This document shows positions 28,337 through 37,602 of a DNA stretch of 64,000 nt, in pieces; position 1 is the first letter of the stretch; each line of letters begins with the position of its first letter. Origin of the DNA: Candidatus Kaelpia imicola (GTDB taxonomy: Bacteria > Omnitrophota > Gorgyraeia > Kaelpiales > Kaelpiaceae); contig JAVCCL010000004.1 of the NCBI GenBank assembly GCA_030765505.1, positions 35,933 through 99,932 of the forward strand, in the 5' to 3' direction. The position numbers and the translations under genes were made by a program. The notes under the pieces are model-generated. The model ran no database searches, was not told the DNA's origin, and saw only the letters and a list, made by a program, of their open reading frames with translations.

Positions 28337-28378
28337 AACGTATTAGTGCAGTAAATTTAAATTCTAAGGAGGTAGGAG

Positions 28379-28657
28379 ATGGCTGTTAAGATCAGGTTAA
28401 GAAGAATGGGTAAGAAGAAAGCTCCTCATTACAGGATAGTTGTAGTTGACTCTAGAGCTGCAAGAGACGGTAGGTTTATAGAACAGATTGGATCTTATGA
28501 TCCCAGAAAAGAGGCTACTCAAGCCAAGATTGACAGGGAGAAGGCTATGGAGTGGATTAAGAAGGGTGCTCAGCTAAGTGAGACCGTTAAGTCTTTGATG
28601 AAAAAAAACGGCATGGATCCAGACGAGTTTAAAAAAGCGATAAAGAAGAAAAAGTAA
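28379..28657 (+). CDS. rpsP: 30S ribosomal protein S16
   Basis: [18 protein letters not shown]. Confidence 0.98.
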   Translation: MAVKIRLRRMGKKKAPHYRIVVVDSRAARDGRFIEQIGSYDPRKEATQAKIDREKAMEWIKKGAQLSETVKSLMKKNGMDPDEFKKAIKKKK

Positions 28658-28658
28658 G

Positions 28659-29351
28659 ATGGTCATAGATGTTTTGACTCTCTTCCCAAGCATGTTTAAG
28701 TCGGTAATCTCTGAGTCTATATTAAAACGAGCTCAGGAAAAAGAGCTGGTAGACATAAACCTTCACGATTTAAGAGGCTGGACATCTGATAAGAGAGGTA
28801 CTGTAGATGATAGACCGTTTGGCGGAGGACCGGGGATGGTCTTAAAGCCAGAGCCTATTTTTAAAGCTTTAAATGAGCTAAGAAGAGAGGATTCCTATGT
28901 TATTCTTCTTGGCCCTTCCGGGAAGAGGTTAGAGCAGAGCTATCTGGTAAAGTTAAGGTCTAGAAATCATATTATTTTGATCTGCGGTCATTATGAAGAT
29001 GTGGATGAGAGGGTTAAAAAATATTTAATAGACCAGGAAGTATCTGTGGGGGATTATATATTGACTTGCGGGGAGTTGCCTGCAATGATAGTCATAGATT
29101 CCCTCGTACGTCTTCTGCCTGACGTTTTAGGCAATAAAGATGCAAATGAGCGGGAGTCTTTTAATAGAGGGTTGTTAGAGTACCCTCAATATACAAGACC
29201 GGCTGGTTTTAATGGTTGGAGTGTTCCGGATGTTCTTTTAAGTGGTGACCATAAAGAGATAGAACAGTGGAGATTTGAAAAGTCGTTGGAGAAAACAGAG
29301 AGATTGCGGCCGGATTTATACGATAATTTTAAAAAGAACAATAAAATATAA
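28659..29351 (+). CDS. trmD: tRNA (guanine-N1)-methyltransferase
   Basis: DDRPFGGGPGM, CGHYE, YTRP. Confidence 0.97.
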   Translation: MVIDVLTLFPSMFKSVISESILKRAQEKELVDINLHDLRGWTSDKRGTVDDRPFGGGPGMVLKPEPIFKALNELRREDSYVILLGPSGKRLEQSYLVKLRSRNHIILICGHYEDVDERVKKYLIDQEVSVGDYILTCGELPAMIVIDSLVRLLPDVLGNKDANERESFNRGLLEYPQYTRPAGFNGWSVPDVLLSGDHKEIEQWRFEKSLEKTERLRPDLYDNFKKNNKI

Positions 29352-29361
29352 GGAGGAGAAG

Positions 29362-29742
29362 ATGTCCGATATTATCAGAGAAGTAGAGCAGAAGTATAGT
29401 AAAGAAAAATTACCTGAATTTAATGTGGGAGATATTGTTAAGGTCTATATTAAAATACAGGAGGGAGAGAGAAGTAGGAAGCAGATCTTTGAGGGTATAG
29501 TTATCTCTATAAGGGGATCAGGTATAAGAAGGTCTTTTACTGTAAGAAAGATAAGCTATGGCGAAGGTGTAGAGAAGGTTTTTCCGCTGCATTCACCTGC
29601 CGTTGAAAAGGTAGCTGTTGTAAGAAGGGGAGATGTTAAAAAAGCAAAGCTTTACTATTTAAGAGAGAGAGTAGGTAAAAAGGCAACAAGAGTCAAAGAG
29701 AAGATAGGCGGTTCAAAAAGAGCAGCCAAGGAGAAAAAATAG
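29362..29742 (+). CDS. rplS: 50S ribosomal protein L19
   Basis: FTVRKISYGEGVE, KLYYLR; SD AGGAGG before ATG 29362. Confidence 0.97.
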   Translation: MSDIIREVEQKYSKEKLPEFNVGDIVKVYIKIQEGERSRKQIFEGIVISIRGSGIRRSFTVRKISYGEGVEKVFPLHSPAVEKVAVVRRGDVKKAKLYYLRERVGKKATRVKEKIGGSKRAAKEKK

Positions 29743-30353
29743 AAAAGAGTTTTATAGAAAAAGGGTTCTCCTTGATTGCAGGGGTAGATGAAGTAGGGCG
29801 CGGAGCGCTTGCCGGTCCTGTTGTAGCAGCTGCAGTATCGTTTGGCAGGGAGGTATTAAAGAATAGAAGCAGCATCTTTAAAGGCGAGATAAAAGATTCT
29901 AAACTTTTAAGTGCTCGTAAGAGGGAAGAGTTGTTTTTTAAAATCTCTAAATTTGCTAAAGTTGCGACCTATAGTATCTCTCATCAGAAGATTGATGAGG
30001 TAAATATTCTGGAAGCTACAAAACTTGCTATGAAGGAAGCCATTCTCTCCCTGAGTCTAAAACCTGACTTAGTGCTTATAGACGGGAATATAACTCTGGA
30101 TTTAAAGCTGGCTCAGGTTCCAATACCGGGAGGGGATAGAGTATGTTTCTCTATTTCAGCCGCCTCTATTATAGCCAAAGTGACAAGAGATAGGTATATG
30201 GTAGAGATGGATAATAAGTATGGCAATTATAATTTTGTTCAAAATAAAGGATATGGTACGAAAGAGCATATGGAATTACTTCGTCTTCATGGCCCATCTC
30301 CGATACATAGAAAGACATTTGCACCTCTAAAGAATAGAGCTTTTAAAGTATAG
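29739..30353 (+). CDS. rnhB: Ribonuclease HII (start ATA 29739 or TTG 29772)
   Basis: GVDEVGRG, DSK, AASIIAKV, KGYGT. Confidence 0.93.
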   Translation: MEKSFIEKGFSLIAGVDEVGRGALAGPVVAAAVSFGREVLKNRSSIFKGEIKDSKLLSARKREELFFKISKFAKVATYSISHQKIDEVNILEATKLAMKEAILSLSLKPDLVLIDGNITLDLKLAQVPIPGGDRVCFSISAASIIAKVTRDRYMVEMDNKYGNYNFVQNKGYGTKEHMELLRLHGPSPIHRKTFAPLKNRAFKV

Positions 30354-30430
30354 TGGTAAATTTTTCAGATTCTATTAATAAATAGAGAATTTAGGCAAAG
30401 AATATATTTATGCTGTAACTCTCTATTCCT

Positions 30431-30507
30431 ATTGAGATAGCCAATGCCTGTCTACCGATAGGCAGAGTACTTGTCTCCGGTAGGGTAGAGCGCGGGACTG
30501 AAAATCC
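30431..30507 (+). pseudogene. tRNA-Phe(GAA) 5' remnant interrupted by palindromic DNA
   Basis: GAGATAGC...GGTAGAGCGCGGGACTGAAAATCC; no T-arm follows; hairpin TGCCTGTC-tacc-GATAGGCA at 30445-30464. Confidence 0.6.
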
Positions 30508-30754
30508 AATTCAGGAAAATTCTGTAACTTCCATAAAATTAAAAAATTAGATATAACTACTTCATAAATCAAGCAACTATTATCATGAATTCTTCACTTT
30601 ATCATCTGTTTGGCTGTATTCTGGTCACATTTTGGTTGCAACCCCCTTCAATATGTTACACTACTTTTTACAGATTAAGATTCCAAAATTAGTAATATTG
30701 TTATATCCTATTGTATAGTTATATTTTAACTATATTTTTAAACCGGGATATTTT

Positions 30755-32395
30755 ATGAAAGTTAAAAAGATTACAGATGTTGCAGATAGGATTGGATTAA
30801 GCAGCAAAGACTACTTGGCTTACGGGGATTTTAAAGCCAAGGTCAGATTATCTATTCGAGAGAAGGTCAAAAATAGAGAAGAAGGTAAGCTTATATTTGT
30901 AACCTCTATAAATCCTACTCCTTCAGGAGAAGGTAAGACAACAACATCTATAGGATTAACCCAGAGTTTAAATAGAATGGGTAGAAAGACCCTGCTCTGT
31001 TTGCGTCAGCCTTCGTTGGGTCCTGTCTTTGGTAGAAAAGGAGGAGCAGCGGGAGGTGGAAAAGCCTCTCTCTATCCGTTCTCCGATATAAATCTTCACT
31101 TAACAGGTGATTTTCATGCCATAGCTGTTGCTCATAACCTTTTGGCGGCTGTTATAGATAATCATATTTACTGGGGAAATAAGCTGGGCATCGATAGAGA
31201 TAGAGTACTTTGGAATAGAGTTTTAGATGTAAACGATAGAACCTTAAGAGGAGTTTCTATTGGTCTGGGTTTGAAAGGTGAAAACTATCCTAGGAATAGC
31301 GGTTTTAAGATTACATCTGCGTCTGAGCTGATGGCTATACTTGCTCTTTTTAAAAACAGAAGAGATATCGAAAAAATGATATCCCGTATTATGATTGCTT
31401 ACGATAAAGATGGTTCTCCTGTTTATGCCAGAGACCTAAAAGTTGTACCTGCAATATCACTTCTTTTAAAAGATGCTATGATGCCTAATCTTGTTCAGAC
31501 CCAGGAAGGCGACCCTGTCTTTGTACATACCGGACCATTTGCTAATATAGCCCATGGTAACTCTAGCCTTGTAGCTACTGAGATGGCTTTAAAACTTGCA
31601 GATTATGTTATAACAGAAGGAGGTTTCGGTTCTGATTTAGGGTTTGAAAAATTTATAGATATTGTAGCCAGAAAGGGTAGTTTTAAAATATCCTCAGTTG
31701 TACTTGTAGTCTCTTTGCGAGCCTTAAAATATCATGGCGGGCTTAGTTTGGAAAAGATTAACAGAGCCAATAGTGCTGCCTTAAAAAAGGGATTGGTCAA
31801 TCTTGCGCATCATGTTGGAATTGTACGCAGGTTCAATCTTGAGCCTATTGTCTGTATAAATAGGTTTAAGCAGGATAAAGATAGTGAGATCGAATCTTTA
31901 AAGAGGTATTGCTTCGGAGTTCTAGGGGTTGAAGTTGCAGTCTCTGATGTATATGCTAAAGGTTCTAGAGGCGGATATGAGTTGGCAGAGAAGGTTTTAT
32001 CAGGTATCTCTTACAAAAAGAGTAAGATGAAAGTGCTTTATGGTTTGAACCAGACTCTTAAGGATAAAATTTTAAAAATAGCAGAAAATATCTATGGAGC
32101 TTCTGGAGTTGATTATACAGAAGAGGCAGAGAGGAAGATAGATTCATTTCAGAGCCTCGGTTACGGAAGACTTCCCGTGAGTATAGCCAAGACCCAGTTC
32201 TCTTTAACTCATAATCCGCGAATTAAAGGAGTTAAAAAGGATTGGAAGTTACTGATAAAAGATATTGTTATCTCAAGCGGTGCAGGTTTCTTGATACCGA
32301 TTACAGGAGATATGCTTCTTCTGCCTGGACTGCCCGAACATCCGGTACTTGAGAACATAAAATTTTCTAAAGGTGAATATGAGGGACTTTTTTAA
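30755..32395 (+). CDS. fhs: Formate--tetrahydrofolate ligase
   Basis: TPSGEGKTT, GPFANIAHG, KTQFS. Confidence 0.97.
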   Translation: MKVKKITDVADRIGLSSKDYLAYGDFKAKVRLSIREKVKNREEGKLIFVTSINPTPSGEGKTTTSIGLTQSLNRMGRKTLLCLRQPSLGPVFGRKGGAAGGGKASLYPFSDINLHLTGDFHAIAVAHNLLAAVIDNHIYWGNKLGIDRDRVLWNRVLDVNDRTLRGVSIGLGLKGENYPRNSGFKITSASELMAILALFKNRRDIEKMISRIMIAYDKDGSPVYARDLKVVPAISLLLKDAMMPNLVQTQEGDPVFVHTGPFANIAHGNSSLVATEMALKLADYVITEGGFGSDLGFEKFIDIVARKGSFKISSVVLVVSLRALKYHGGLSLEKINRANSAALKKGLVNLAHHVGIVRRFNLEPIVCINRFKQDKDSEIESLKRYCFGVLGVEVAVSDVYAKGSRGGYELAEKVLSGISYKKSKMKVLYGLNQTLKDKILKIAENIYGASGVDYTEEAERKIDSFQSLGYGRLPVSIAKTQFSLTHNPRIKGVKKDWKLLIKDIVISSGAGFLIPITGDMLLLPGLPEHPVLENIKFSKGEYEGLF

Positions 32396-32982
32396 TGGAT
32401 AGAGTGATAGACGGTAGTTTAAAGGAGTATTTAGCAGGTTTAGGAGAGAAGATTCCGGCTCCGGGCGGAGGCAGCGCTACTGCTGCCGTGCTCTGTTGCG
32501 GGATATCTCTGCATAAGAAATGTTTGTTATACAGTTCTAGTAATTTCGAAAAAGAGAGTTTTAAAAATATAAAGTTATCTTTAGACCAGGCTATAGAGAA
32601 GGCCTTAGCTCTAATTGATAGAGATAGAGAGGTCTATCTAAAGTTAAATGATTTGATTAAAGATAGATCAGCCAATAAAGATGAGATTCAGGAAGCTTAT
32701 CGTGATGCAGCATCTGTTCCTCTTGAGATGATCAGAATAGTCATAACTGTTCTTGATCTGATAAATAGATCTATAGGTAAGATTAAAATGATATTTGTTT
32801 CAGATATTATGGCTGCAATGAGTTTTTTAGAAGCTGTTTTTGATTCTGCTTTAATTTTCGTTGAAATAAATTTAAAATCTATCGATGTGAGTTTTAAGGA
32901 ATTTTCGGGTTTTGATGAAGAAGAGATTAAAAAGCTGAGAGAAGATTTTAAAAGAATTGGTATAGAGCTAGAGAATGAATAA
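32395..32982 (+). CDS. Formiminotetrahydrofolate cyclodeaminase-like protein
   Basis: PAPGGGS, VPLE, VEINL; located between fhs and folD. Confidence 0.85.
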   Translation: MDRVIDGSLKEYLAGLGEKIPAPGGGSATAAVLCCGISLHKKCLLYSSSNFEKESFKNIKLSLDQAIEKALALIDRDREVYLKLNDLIKDRSANKDEIQEAYRDAASVPLEMIRIVITVLDLINRSIGKIKMIFVSDIMAAMSFLEAVFDSALIFVEINLKSIDVSFKEFSGFDEEEIKKLREDFKRIGIELENE

Positions 32983-33841
32983 TATAATAGATGGCAAAAA
33001 TATAGCTTCGGTTTTAGCCGAAGGATTAAAAAAAGAATTCTCTTTACTGAAAGAGTCTTGTGATGTTAAAGCAAAGATGGCAGCTTTCTGCTTCAGCGAT
33101 GATTCAGCTTCAGATATATACATAAAAGCCCAAGCTAAGATAGCAACTTATTTAGGGGTTGAATATCAGCTCTTTAAATTGGGACAGGATTTGAGTCTAA
33201 CTGCTTTAAAACAGAAGTTTACTAATTCAAATGGCGATTCTGATTTAGATGGTATTATTATTATGCAGCCTCTATCGGATTCTCTTGATTACAGGTCATT
33301 GCTTTTGGATATGGATCCAGCTAAAGATATTGAAGGTGTCCATCCTGTAAATCTTGGTAATCTTATCTCTTCTGATTCAGTGTTGATACCGCCTACAGCT
33401 GCAGCTGTTATGAATATTTTAGATAGCTGTGTTGAAGATTATGTTGGTTCTGAGGTTGTAGTAATTGGACATAGTTATATAGTGGGTAAACCGTTGACTA
33501 TGCTGCTTGCAGACAAGCTTGCAACTGTTACCCTCTGTCATATTGGTACCTCAAAGGTTAATAGATTAGAGGAACATGTTAAGAGAGCAGATATTCTTAT
33601 TGCAGCCGTTGGTAAGCCTGGACTTATAAAAGGTGAATGGATAAAAGAGGGTGCTGTTGTTGTAGATGTAGGCATAAATAAGGTTGGTGCTGATATTGTA
33701 GGAGATGTTGAGTTTGAAAAAGCGAGAAAGAGGGCTAGCTATATTACTCCTGTTCCAGCGGGAGTAGGCCCCCTGACAACAGTTATGCTGATGAGGAATC
33801 TATTGTTGGCTCTTAAAAAGAGACGTAACATTAAAATCTAA
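32975..33841 (+). CDS. folD: Methylenetetrahydrofolate dehydrogenase/cyclohydrolase
   Basis: KDIEG, IVGKP, DVGIN, GDV, TPVPAGVGP. Confidence 0.95.
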   Translation: MNNIIDGKNIASVLAEGLKKEFSLLKESCDVKAKMAAFCFSDDSASDIYIKAQAKIATYLGVEYQLFKLGQDLSLTALKQKFTNSNGDSDLDGIIIMQPLSDSLDYRSLLLDMDPAKDIEGVHPVNLGNLISSDSVLIPPTAAAVMNILDSCVEDYVGSEVVVIGHSYIVGKPLTMLLADKLATVTLCHIGTSKVNRLEEHVKRADILIAAVGKPGLIKGEWIKEGAVVVDVGINKVGADIVGDVEFEKARKRASYITPVPAGVGPLTTVMLMRNLLLALKKRRNIKI

Positions 33842-33850
33842 TCTATTCAA

Positions 33851-34294
33851 ATGCAGATGAAATATCTTTTGGTTCTATTGCTTTTGGTAGCCAATAAACT
33901 TTATGCTCAAGATCTCTCCGTAAAATATTCTATGGATAGAGAGAGCATCTCTTTGGATGAGGTTTTAAAATACAGGATTTTAGTAACAGGAAGTTTTAAA
34001 ACAACTCCGGCTTTACATGTTCCTGAGCTTCAGAATTTTAAGATTATCTCAAACAGGAAGATGAGCAAGGTTAGTATCTCTGCTGGAGAGATAGTATCTT
34101 CTGTAGAGTTTATCTTTATGCTCTCTCCGCTTAAAGAGGGGTTTTTTGAAATGTCCGGATTTAAAGTAGAAGCAGGAGACGTAGAGTATGAGGTTGAAGC
34201 TATAAAGATAAAGGTTAGTGGGAGTAAAGATAGCATCTTACCTAAAGAAGATAATGACGGCTCAGAGAATAGTGAAGAAAAAATTTGGCTATGA
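33851..34294 (+). CDS. BatD-like exported protein (single domain)
   Basis: Signal peptide plus BatD-type beta-sandwich pattern (P.L.NF.I...LSPLKEG). Confidence 0.7.
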   Translation: MQMKYLLVLLLLVANKLYAQDLSVKYSMDRESISLDEVLKYRILVTGSFKTTPALHVPELQNFKIISNRKMSKVSISAGEIVSSVEFIFMLSPLKEGFFEMSGFKVEAGDVEYEVEAIKIKVSGSKDSILPKEDNDGSENSEEKIWL

Positions 34295-35214
34295 AAAACA
34301 TTGCTTTCCTAAAAAATGTACTGTTTAATTCTATGGGACTTAAGAGAGGGGAAAACCTTCTCTTTATAACGGATAGACTGCTTTATCCAATAGCCGAACT
34401 CTTCTACAGCAACTCTTTAAAGTTGGGATCTGAATCCCTTCTCGTTAAGATACCCGATATGGAAATAGATGGTCAGGAGCCTTCATCTGTAGTGGCTAAA
34501 ATCCTTAAGACTGCAGATGTTGCTTTGCTTATGACTTCAAAATCACTCTCACATACCAGAGCCAGAAAAGAGGCTTCTAAATCAGGAGTTAGAATTGCTT
34601 CTATGCCTGGGATAAGTTATGAGGTTGTAATGCGCAGTTTAAATCTGGACTATAGAGAGATTAAGCGTTCAGTCAAGAGAGTATCCGATAGGCTCTCTAA
34701 AGCCAGGAGGGCCAGGGTTTTGACATCCAAAGGTACCGACATATCTTTTTCAATAGAGAGTAGGGTTGGACTTGGAGATTACGGTATTTATAAAAAAAAG
34801 GGTGACTTTGGCAACCTTCCTGCAGGTGAGGCTTTTATAGCCCCTCTTGAAAGTTCAGCTAACGGTATCGTGGTCTTTGATGGTTCTATTGCTGGTTTTG
34901 GTAAATTGAGTAAAGATATAAAGGTCTGGATTGAGAGAGGTAAGCTTGTAAAGAGTAAGCCTGGTAAGTTTATGAATTCTATCTCTAGTTTTGGCGATAA
35001 GGCTTTAAACTTAGCAGAGTTTGGAATAGGTTTAAATCCCAAAGCTAAGGTTACAGGTAATGTATTAGAAGATGAGAAAACTCTTAATACAGCCCACTTT
35101 GCATTTGGAACCAATAAAAGTTTTGGCGGTAGAGTAAATGCCGGGATACATATCGATGCGGTTTTCTTTGACCCTCAGATATATTTAGATTCCAAGAGAT
35201 TGAATATTTCTTAG
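34291..35214 (+). CDS. M29-family (leucyl) aminopeptidase
   Basis: NLPAGEAFIAP, AEFGIGLNP, EDEK, HID. Confidence 0.88.
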   Translation: MKNIAFLKNVLFNSMGLKRGENLLFITDRLLYPIAELFYSNSLKLGSESLLVKIPDMEIDGQEPSSVVAKILKTADVALLMTSKSLSHTRARKEASKSGVRIASMPGISYEVVMRSLNLDYREIKRSVKRVSDRLSKARRARVLTSKGTDISFSIESRVGLGDYGIYKKKGDFGNLPAGEAFIAPLESSANGIVVFDGSIAGFGKLSKDIKVWIERGKLVKSKPGKFMNSISSFGDKALNLAEFGIGLNPKAKVTGNVLEDEKTLNTAHFAFGTNKSFGGRVNAGIHIDAVFFDPQIYLDSKRLNIS

Positions 35215-35280
35215 CCTAACTCAAAATAGAAATGACAGGAGTTGTTAAAGTTTCTTCTCTATGCTAAAATCTCATCTATT

Positions 35281-36183
35281 ATGAAGATATTAATTATAGG
35301 CGTAGGTAATGTTGGTGCTCACATAGGATACCTTATGCTATTTACCGATTTTATTGATGAGGTATTGATATATGATATTCAGAAAGATATTTTAAAAGGT
35401 AAGGTTTTAGACCTCTCTCATGCCGGGGGTGTATTAAAAAAAGATATTAGGTTTACGGCAGTTGAAGATCTAAATACGGTAGAGGCAGATATTGTAATTA
35501 TAACAGCCGGTATGCCGCGCAAAGAAGGAATGAGTAGGTTTGACCTTCTTGAGGTTAATACCAAGATATTAGATCAGGTAATAGGCGGTATGAATAGACG
35601 TCTTATTGACGAATCTATATTTGTGATAGTCTCTAATCCGGTCGATGTTCTAACATATTGTTTTCATAATAAGACTGCTATTGATAGAAAAAGGCTTATT
35701 GGTATGGCTGGTGCTTTAGATAAGGGTAGATTTAGGTATTATTTGAGTAAGAATACAGGAAAGAATATTACAGAGCTTGAACCTCAGGTTATAGGTTCAC
35801 ATAGTAAAGATATGCTCTGCATCTTTGATACTAATGGTGAAGAGATAGAGCTTTCTAAAAGAGAGACAAAAGAGGCAGGGGCTACAATTGTCTCTTACTA
35901 TAAGGGCGGCAGCGCTTATTTTGCCCCAGCCGCTGGAGTTAAAGTTGTATTAGATGTTATATTAAGCGATAGAAAAGAGATAGTTCCTTCTGTAGCTATT
36001 TTAGATGGGGAATATGGCTATAGCGATATAGCATTTGGTGTTCCAGTTGAAATATCGTCAAATGGAATCGAGAAGATTATTGAATTAGATTTAGATCAGT
36101 TTCAGAAAGAAGATTTAGATAAATCAATAAAAGGGATCAAAGAATCCTTGAGTTTTCTTAAAAAAAGAGGGATTTTGAGTTGA
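35281..36183 (+). CDS. mdh: Malate dehydrogenase (LDH-like)
   Basis: GVGNVG, TAGMPRKEGMSR, SNPVD, GSH. Confidence 0.9.
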   Translation: MKILIIGVGNVGAHIGYLMLFTDFIDEVLIYDIQKDILKGKVLDLSHAGGVLKKDIRFTAVEDLNTVEADIVIITAGMPRKEGMSRFDLLEVNTKILDQVIGGMNRRLIDESIFVIVSNPVDVLTYCFHNKTAIDRKRLIGMAGALDKGRFRYYLSKNTGKNITELEPQVIGSHSKDMLCIFDTNGEEIELSKRETKEAGATIVSYYKGGSAYFAPAAGVKVVLDVILSDRKEIVPSVAILDGEYGYSDIAFGVPVEISSNGIEKIIELDLDQFQKEDLDKSIKGIKESLSFLKKRGILS

Positions 36184-36184
36184 T

Positions 36185-37558
36185 ATGAGAAACGTAGAGC
36201 TTGCGGTAATCGGTGCAGGTCCCGGAGGTTATCAGGCTGCTCTTCTTGCCGCCGCTTCTGGTATAGAGACTCTATTAATTGAGAAACAGTATCTTGGAGG
36301 GGTCTGTCTTAATTGGGGTTGTATTCCAACAAAGTATTTTCTAAATCAAAGCGAAAAGTATCTCCAGATAAAAAAGTCTAGAAACTTTGGCTTAAAAGAG
36401 AATTCTTTAAATCTAGACTATAAGTTGCTTAAAAAAGAAAAAGACTTATTAGTAAAATCTTTACGAGATGGTATTAAGTTTTTATTGGATAAGAGAGGTG
36501 TGGATTTAATATTTAAAGAGGCAGAGGTCTTATCATCAAGCCGTATTCTGATCAAAGATGGAGATAGCTCTGAAGAGATAGAAGCAGGGAATATAATAGT
36601 TGCGACAGGTTCACGGCCTAAACCTCTTAAAGGTATAGAGTTTGACAATAAGAGAGCATTCTCATCTGATACAATATTAGACTTAGATTATATCCCAAAA
36701 TCAATCACAATAATAGGGGCCGGAGTAATTGGGGTTGAATTTGCTTCTCACTTCTCCCGGTTAGGTAGCGAGGTAAGTTTGATTGAAGCTATGGATAGTA
36801 TCTTGCCTAATGTGGAGAGAGAGCTTTCAAAGGTAATAGAGTCTCGACTTATCAAGCAGGGTGTTAAGATGTATAGTTCTTCTGAGGTGGTTGATCTTAA
36901 AAAGAGAGAAGAATCTATAGAGTTAAATCTTTCTTCAGGGGATAGACTATCGTCACAGATTGTACTTGTTGCTGCATCCAGAGAGCCTAACGTAGAAGTT
37001 TTAGATAATACCGGTGTTGATTTAAAAAATAAGTTTGTTACCGTCCGTTCTAATACAGAATCATCCCTTAAAAATCTTTATGCTATAGGGGACTTAATTG
37101 GCGGGTCTATGCTGGCCCATAGTGCAAGCTATGGGGCTCATGTAGCAGTCTCAAATATAGCTGGGATCAAAAAAGAGCTGGACTATTCCTCTATACCTAA
37201 TTGCATCTATACGGATCCGGAGATTGCCTACATAGGTTTAAAAGAGAGAGAGGCTAAAGAACGAGGTTTTAAGGTAAAGATTGCGAAGTTCCCTTTTAAG
37301 GCACTAGGTAAGGCAAGGGCGGTATCAAAGACAGAAGGTTTTGTTAAAATCATTGCGGATGAGAGCAGCAAGGTGATATTAGGAGCAGGGCTTGCCGGAT
37401 CTTCTGTTACAGAACTGATAACAGAACTGACCATGGCTATAAAGTTTAAGATTCCTTATTCTGAACTTATAGACGTTGTGCATCCGCATCCTACACTAAG
37501 TGAGGCTATTGGTGAAGCTTTGGCGATTTTAAACGATAAAGCTATACACTATATATAA
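36185..37558 (+). CDS. lpdA: Dihydrolipoyl dehydrogenase
   Basis: GAGPGG, CLNWGCIPTK, HPHPTLSE. Confidence 0.96.
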   Translation: MRNVELAVIGAGPGGYQAALLAAASGIETLLIEKQYLGGVCLNWGCIPTKYFLNQSEKYLQIKKSRNFGLKENSLNLDYKLLKKEKDLLVKSLRDGIKFLLDKRGVDLIFKEAEVLSSSRILIKDGDSSEEIEAGNIIVATGSRPKPLKGIEFDNKRAFSSDTILDLDYIPKSITIIGAGVIGVEFASHFSRLGSEVSLIEAMDSILPNVERELSKVIESRLIKQGVKMYSSSEVVDLKKREESIELNLSSGDRLSSQIVLVAASREPNVEVLDNTGVDLKNKFVTVRSNTESSLKNLYAIGDLIGGSMLAHSASYGAHVAVSNIAGIKKELDYSSIPNCIYTDPEIAYIGLKEREAKERGFKVKIAKFPFKALGKARAVSKTEGFVKIIADESSKVILGAGLAGSSVTELITELTMAIKFKIPYSELIDVVHPHPTLSEAIGEALAILNDKAIHYI

Positions 37559-37602
37559 ATATTAGCTTGATTTAATTTAAGAGTTACCTTTAAAATCTAA
37601 AT

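Noticed and set aside
36185-37558. Orphan lpdA without E1/E2 or gcv genes
   Set aside because: Dispersed lpdA is common, and partner genes may lie elsewhere in the genome.
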